A program made the translations under genes and the position numbers. The notes below the pieces were generated by a model. The model was not told the origin of the DNA, made no database searches, and saw only the letters and a list, made by a program, of their open reading frames with translations. Source: Rhodospirillaceae bacterium (lineage in GTDB: Bacteria > Pseudomonadota > Alphaproteobacteria > UBA6615). Taken from it: 64,000 bases of DNA. The stretch covers positions 3,683-67,682 of the forward strand of contig JABIVD010000016.1 of the NCBI GenBank assembly GCA_018667335.1. Reading direction: 5' to 3'. Of the stretch, positions 58,885-64,000 are shown in pieces. Within the stretch, counting starts at the first letter, position 1; each line of letters starts with the position of its first letter.

Positions 58885-59926
58885 GCTCTGAGGGTCCAGC
58901 GGTTCTTGTCGTCGATGACAATGAGGACAATCGTTATACGCTGACACGGCGGCTGGGCCGTCTCGGCTATGAGAACGTGACCGATCAATCGATGGGCGCG
59001 CGGCACTGGACGCGCTTGCGGCGGACAATTTCGACCTGGTCTTGCTCGACATCATGATGCCCGAAATGAACGGGTATGAGGTTCTCGAACACATCAAGGC
59101 CGACCTGTCCCTGCGCGACATTCCGGTGATCATGATTTCCGCGGTTGATGAGATGGAAAGCGTGGTCCGCTGCATTGAACTTGGCGCGGAAGACTATTTG
59201 TCGAAGCCGTTCAACGCCACGCTGCTGAAGGCCCGGGTCGGGGCATCGCTCGACAAGAAGAAACTCCGCGACCAGGAGACGAGCTATCTCGCGCAAATCG
59301 AGAGTGAGCAACGGCGCAGCGACGAACTGTTGCACGCAATTCTGCCCGAAGGCGCTGTGCGAGAACTGAAAACCACCAACGAAGTGCAGCCGCGCCGCTA
59401 TGACGACGTCGCGGTTATGTTCTGTGACATTGTTTCCTTCACCGCCTATTGCGAACAAAATCCGCCGGAGAAGGTCGTTGGCGAACTGCAGGAACTCGTC
59501 CATCGTTTCGAGGACATTGCATTCGAAACCGGGCTGGAGAAGATCAAGACCGTCGGCGATGCATTTCTTGCGACTGCGGGGCTGCTTCACGAAGTCGACG
59601 ATCCTGTGTTAGCTGGCGCCCGCGCCGGTTTGGCGATGGTGGCGGCTTCGCAGGAGGTTCCGCCGGGTTGGCAGGTCAGGGTGGGTCTCCACTTCGGGCC
59701 CGTGGTTGCGGGCGTGGTCGGCCGGCGCAAGTTCATGTTCGATTTATGGGGTGACACGGTGAATGTGGCGTCCCGCGTTTCGGATCAGGCCGAGCCGGGC
59801 ACTGTATTGCTGTCCGGAGATGCCTGGGCGCAGATACGATCGTCGGCATCCGGACACAGCCGCGGCATGGTGCCCCTCAAGGGCAAGGGCGAAATGGAAC
59901 TCGTCGAGGTCACGGCGGTCGACTGA
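58881..59926 (+). pseudogene. REC-adenylate cyclase with a 1-bp deletion frameshift near 58985/58986
   Basis: ATG at 58881 overlaps the RR stop and reads MSSEGPAVLVVDDNEDNRYTLTRRLGRLGYENVTD. The REC continues in another frame as IDGRAALDALAADNFDLVLLDIMMP, then the cyclase motifs FCDIVSFT, EKIKTVGDA, FDLWGDTVNVASR. Confidence 0.85.
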
Positions 59927-59963
59927 CTTTTCGATTGTTTTCCGAACGATACGTGTCCACCGC

Positions 59964-60821
59964 TCAGTCTTTGTAGCGGTCCGCGATGCCGTCCCAACGG
60001 GGCATTTCGACGATGTCGAGATATTCCGGAAAACTCAGCCCGGTGTTGGCGAGTTTGAGTTCGCCGCTCTTGATGTCGGCCAGCGTGTCGCGGATCGTGC
60101 GCGCCGTCAGCATCAGCGTTGTGATGCCATAGCTGGCGATGCTGTAGCCGATCTCCCCCAGCTCTGCCGGACCAAGAAGCGGCGTGACGCCGCCCTCGAT
60201 CATGTTGGAGAGCTGCGGCACCGGCAGCTCCTCGCAAATGCGTCGCATGTCCTCGATCGACGTCGGCGCCTCGACGAACAGCGCGTCGGCGCCCGCCTTC
60301 ATGTAACGCGCGCCGCGACGGAGCGCCTCGTCGAGGCCGTCGGTGGCAATAGCGTCGGTGCGCGCGATGATGAAGGTATCGGGATTTAGCCGCTCGCCGG
60401 CACACGCGCGCAGCTTCTCCTCCATTTCCTCGGTAGGCACGATGCGCTTGCCGGCCATATGGCCGCAGCGCTTCGGCGCGACTTGGTCTTCGATGAAGAT
60501 CGCCTGCGCGCCGATCTTCTCATAGTGGTTCAGCGTGTAGACGGCGTTCTTGACGTCGCCGTAGCCGGTGTCGACATCGACCAGGCAGGGCAGGTCGGTG
60601 ACGGCGAGGATGTCACGCACGCCGGCCGAAATCTCGCCGAGCCCGAGCAGGCCGATGTCGGGGGCGCCGTAGCGCGCGCCGACGATCTGGAAACCCCCGA
60701 TCATGAAAGCGTCGAACCCGGTCTGCTCGATGATCCGTGCGGTCAGCGCATCATGTGCGCCGGGGAGGACGAGGGGCGATGCCGCGTTGGCGAGCTGGCG
60801 GAAGGTCTTCTTAGTGGTCAT
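59964..60821 (-). CDS. Isocitrate lyase/PEP mutase family (2-methylisocitrate lyase-like)
   Basis: PGAHDALTA, DVDTGYG, IEDQ..PKRCGH, IARTDA. Confidence 0.9.
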   Translation of the reverse strand: MTTKKTFRQLANAASPLVLPGAHDALTARIIEQTGFDAFMIGGFQIVGARYGAPDIGLLGLGEISAGVRDILAVTDLPCLVDVDTGYGDVKNAVYTLNHYEKIGAQAIFIEDQVAPKRCGHMAGKRIVPTEEMEEKLRACAGERLNPDTFIIARTDAIATDGLDEALRRGARYMKAGADALFVEAPTSIEDMRRICEELPVPQLSNMIEGGVTPLLGPAELGEIGYSIASYGITTLMLTARTIRDTLADIKSGELKLANTGLSFPEYLDIVEMPRWDGIADRYKD

Positions 60822-60830
60822 GGCGCCCCC

Positions 60831-61454
60831 CTAGCGCAGCGGCGAGAACGCGGGTGCCAGCAGCAACTTGTTGTCCGGGGTGACAATTGCACCTTTGGGT
60901 GACCCCTTCGGCGGCCAGACACCCTTCGCCACGCCGTCGGCACGCACCTGCGCGCGGTGTTCGAAGCTCTCATAGGGCCAGATGTGGACATACTTGTTGA
61001 GGTTGCCCAAGTCCGTGTGCATCGCCATGGCGCAGGGTGAGAGTTCGCAGCGCGGACCGATAGCGTCTTCCCAGCCCTTGATGATCCCGGGCATCGTTCC
61101 GTTGTTGACCGTGTAGTAGCGGTATTCGAACAGCGGTCCCTGCTCGCCGCTCAGGAACTCGCCCATGAACGGGAACGGCGTGAAGACCTCGCTGTTCATC
61201 TCGTGGATCATCTCGGTCACCGCGGGCGGCCAGACGCCGGTCGCGACCGCCTCGGTGCGCACCGCTTCGCGTTCGGCAAGATCCTTGTAGGCCCAGATAT
61301 GCATGACTTCGTTGAGCGGCCCGACCTCGGAATAGAAGAAGGCGGCCAGGGGCGACAGCTGCTTGCGGCCGTTCTCGTAGGCCTCTCCGAAGGCCTTGAT
61401 GAATGCGGGAACCATGCGCGGCTTCAGCCGGTAGGTGCGTACTTCGTAAATCAT
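60831..61454 (-). CDS. NIPSNAP family protein (two domains)
   Basis: MIYEVRTY, GPLNEVMHIWAY, GNLNKYVHIWPY, PAFSPLR. Confidence 0.88.
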   Translation of the reverse strand: MIYEVRTYRLKPRMVPAFIKAFGEAYENGRKQLSPLAAFFYSEVGPLNEVMHIWAYKDLAEREAVRTEAVATGVWPPAVTEMIHEMNSEVFTPFPFMGEFLSGEQGPLFEYRYYTVNNGTMPGIIKGWEDAIGPRCELSPCAMAMHTDLGNLNKYVHIWPYESFEHRAQVRADGVAKGVWPPKGSPKGAIVTPDNKLLLAPAFSPLR

Positions 61455-61569
61455 GTTGTCCCCCCTGAGGAATGGAGCCCGCGATTGTGACGCTTGTTGG
61501 CGGCTCGAAAAAAGTGCGGCCCTCAGTTTGACCTGCGCCGGATTATGCGTCCAGTCGCCACGCCCGATT

Positions 61570-62457
61570 CTAGCCCTCGGTCGTGGGGAGGGGGCGCTGC
61601 ACGCCGTGCGCGACGTCACGGCGCGCCATGTAAGTAGTGCCGACGACGATGATCCCGGCGCCGATCCAGGTCCAGGTGTCGGGGAATTCGGCGAACACCA
61701 CGTAGCTGATCACCGCGGCCCAGACCATGCGCATCGCGCTGACCGGCTCGACCAGGCTGACATCCGCAAGCTTGTAGGCGTGGGTGAACAACAGGTGACC
61801 GGTGGTGCCGCACAGGCCGATGGCGGTGAGCCACAGGAACTGCTCGAGGGTCGGCCACTGCCAGACGAACAGTGCCGGGATCAGGGTCACGGGGGTCATC
61901 AACAATGTGACGTAGGCGACGATCGTGGTCGGCGAGTCATGCCGCGACAGCATTTTTGCCATGACCTTCGAATTCGAGACCAGAAACACCGCCATGAGAA
62001 CCAGCACGGTGCCGAGATTGATCGCGACGAAGCCCGGCCGGACGACGACGAAGGCACCCGCCACGGCCAGAGAGATGCCGAGCCAGCGGCGTGGTCCAAC
62101 TTTCTCTCCGAGGAAAAATATCGCCAGCAGGGCGACGAAAACCGGCCCGACCAGGCTGATGGCGGCGACGTCGCCCACTGGAATCAACGACAGAGCGGTG
62201 ATCATGCAGAGCATGGCACCGGCGTTCACCAGCCCGCGCCCGAGATGCCAGGGCAGCATGTCGGTTCGAAACAGGCCGAAACCATTCCGTGCAATGACCG
62301 GTATGAAAATGATCAGCCCGAGAAAGCCGCGGAAGAACGCGACTTCGAAGGCATGCAGGCCCTCTTCGACTGTCAGGTAGCGGACAATGTTATGCATCGT
62401 CGCGGCGGACGCCGACGCGCCCACCACCAACAGTATCGCCTTTACCGAATCCGGCAT
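61570..62457 (-). CDS. DMT/EamA family transporter
   Basis: About 10 TMs; FLGEKVGPRRW, FAEFPD. Confidence 0.9.
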   Translation of the reverse strand: MPDSVKAILLVVGASASAATMHNIVRYLTVEEGLHAFEVAFFRGFLGLIIFIPVIARNGFGLFRTDMLPWHLGRGLVNAGAMLCMITALSLIPVGDVAAISLVGPVFVALLAIFFLGEKVGPRRWLGISLAVAGAFVVVRPGFVAINLGTVLVLMAVFLVSNSKVMAKMLSRHDSPTTIVAYVTLLMTPVTLIPALFVWQWPTLEQFLWLTAIGLCGTTGHLLFTHAYKLADVSLVEPVSAMRMVWAAVISYVVFAEFPDTWTWIGAGIIVVGTTYMARRDVAHGVQRPLPTTEG

Positions 62458-62728
62458 GGCATCTTCAGCATCATCGCGCGCCAGGTTGTAAGGATGTCTC
62501 CGCCGGGTGCTGGCGGTCTGTTTCCGATTTGGAAGCAAGCCGATTGTAAGTAAAGTCGGCCCGAATCATACTTTTACGACCGGGGTGTCCTGTTATGGCG
62601 ACCAGGATACACCCGGGAATGACCGGCAGTCCTGCACCGCGTTTGCGCAGCGTCATGGCGCCTGTTCGCCGGACCAGGCTGAACGAACCTGTATAATGAC
62701 GATCGTAAAAAAAACGGGAGACAATCAC

Positions 62729-63274
62729 ATGATGCCAGAAGCACGGGTGTGGACCCGCGAGGAAATGATGAAGCGCGTGGCCCTGTTCAAGGACCAGAGC
62801 GGTTCCAAGGAAGGCCTGCCCGAGAGCCACCTGCCGCAATGCGAGAAGGAACTCATCAATATCATCGGCTTCCGTCCGCCGCAGGACGGCAGTATGGAAT
62901 CGCCCGTTGGTGCAAATTCGTCGAAACGGGCGGCCATCGACATTTACGAAGGTTTCAACATGGGCTTCGTGAAGTGCAAGCCGGGCAAGGGCCCGCTGAT
63001 GCACAACCACGACACCAACGAGACCTTTATGCCGATCAGCGGAAAGTGGCGGTGTCACTGGAACGAGGGCGACGACTACGAATATATCGACGCCGGTCCG
63101 TGTGATGTCGTGTCTTTCCCGCCCGGCGTGATCCGCCGGTTCTCCTGTGTGGAAGCACCGGAGGGCGAGGAAGAAGCGCTGATGATGTTCGTCATCGGCG
63201 GCGAGTTTCCCGAGGCCGAATACACCGAGGATGCCAATCGCATCATTGCCGAGCACGACGCCGCTCAGGCGTAG
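62729..63274 (+). CDS. Cupin domain protein
   Basis: GPLMHNHDTNETFMP, DVVSFPPG..RRF. Confidence 0.8.
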   Translation: MMPEARVWTREEMMKRVALFKDQSGSKEGLPESHLPQCEKELINIIGFRPPQDGSMESPVGANSSKRAAIDIYEGFNMGFVKCKPGKGPLMHNHDTNETFMPISGKWRCHWNEGDDYEYIDAGPCDVVSFPPGVIRRFSCVEAPEGEEEALMMFVIGGEFPEAEYTEDANRIIAEHDAAQA

Positions 63275-63342
63275 CGGGCGGGCGCAGACCTCCCGGAGGT
63301 GGGCCGCGTGCCCCCCGACGCTATCAAACAGGAATTTTCGAA

Positions 63343-63777
63343 ATGGCGAAGAAGACAACCAAGAAAAAGGCCCCGATCCCCGCGCGTGCGAAAAAGCGCG
63401 GCGGGATGTTGTGGAACGAGGCATTTACCCAAGGCATCGCCGATGAACTCGCCGACTGGGATCCGGAGTTCAATGAGCTTTTCATGAACTTCGTCTATGG
63501 CGGGGTCTATGACCGGGATGTGCTCCCCCACAAGACGCGCGAACTCTGTGCGATTGCGGCCTGCGTTATGGCCAATGCGCAACCGCAGTTGAGAACCCAT
63601 CTGTTTGCCGCCGCGAACTGTGGCGCAACGAAGAGCGAGATGATGGAGGTGATCCTCCAGATGACGGTCTATTGCGGCGCGCCCTACATGCTGCAGGCTG
63701 CGCGGATTGCCCAGCGCGAGGTGTTTCCCGCGATCGATGCGGGGGAGACATCGCCCACCCCGCCCAAGGTCGACTGA
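63343..63777 (+). CDS. Carboxymuconolactone decarboxylase family protein
   Basis: VYGGVYDR..L..KTRELC, QLRTH, EVILQ..YCGAP. Confidence 0.87.
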   Translation: MAKKTTKKKAPIPARAKKRGGMLWNEAFTQGIADELADWDPEFNELFMNFVYGGVYDRDVLPHKTRELCAIAACVMANAQPQLRTHLFAAANCGATKSEMMEVILQMTVYCGAPYMLQAARIAQREVFPAIDAGETSPTPPKVD

Positions 63778-63841
63778 CAACATTCCCGGCCGGGACGCCC
63801 TCGCGTGCGGATTCCCGGTTCGAACACAGAGGACCCAATTC

Positions 63842-64000
63842 ATGGCCATTTCTCATCTCGAACATTTTCTCGTCGTCGCCCAGGACTATAAGGCGACGGT
63901 GCAATGGTACATCGACAATCTCGGTTTCGAGGAAGGCCCGCACCCGGATTTCGGCGCCGATGTCGAGGTGACCTGGCTCTATCTCGGTGAGCGCGACATC
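63842..64000 (+). CDS. VOC/glyoxalase family protein, 3'-truncated by the window edge
   Basis: Manual translation: MAISHLEHFLVVAQDYKATVQWYIDNLGFEEGPHPDF...WLYLG. Confidence 0.75.
   Translation, partial: MAISHLEHFLVVAQDYKATVQWYIDNLGFEEGPHPDFGADVEVTWLYLGERDI

Noticed and set aside
50432..59930. Prophage or integrative element next to the tRNA
   Set aside because: No integrase, transposase, phage or conjugation genes seen; only the repeat and the compositional shift are reported.

Overview
GC-rich, gene-dense chromosomal window from what is most likely an alphaproteobacterium (inferred from the IalB, NnrU, ybbA/ybbP/arylesterase and folD-yggU-yggT-tRNA-Ala gene order and a CtrA-like box). It holds about 70 CDSs: housekeeping genes (argG, folD, rlmN, cobB, thpR, scoAB-type CoA transferase), many catabolic oxidoreductases and hydrolases, six DMT/EamA transporters and several signalling modules. 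One tRNA-Ala(CGC) lies at 50356-50431. I see no CRISPR array, rRNA, integrase or transposase. Main observations: (1) a group I truncated hemoglobin translationally coupled to a PAS-like/coiled-coil class III cyclase, resembling a soluble guanylate cyclase split into two genes; (2) an operon of an AhpD-like CxxC protein, a GAF hybrid kinase, a REC protein and a REC-adenylate cyclase, whose last gene has a 1-bp frameshift missed by the ORF track; (3) a diverged copy of the tRNA-Ala leader and 5' end exactly 4090 bp downstream, bracketing foreign-looking genes; (4) an orphan ParA + ribbon-helix-helix + PAS-like operon; (5) a FecR-domain gene with an in-frame TGA and a (Gly-Asn)24 tail upstream of a CHASE2 kinase; (6) a CDP-alcohol phosphotransferase-like protein lacking most catalytic aspartates; (7) three tandem duplications at gene 3' ends. 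All family calls come from recognising motifs by eye; no database search was run.
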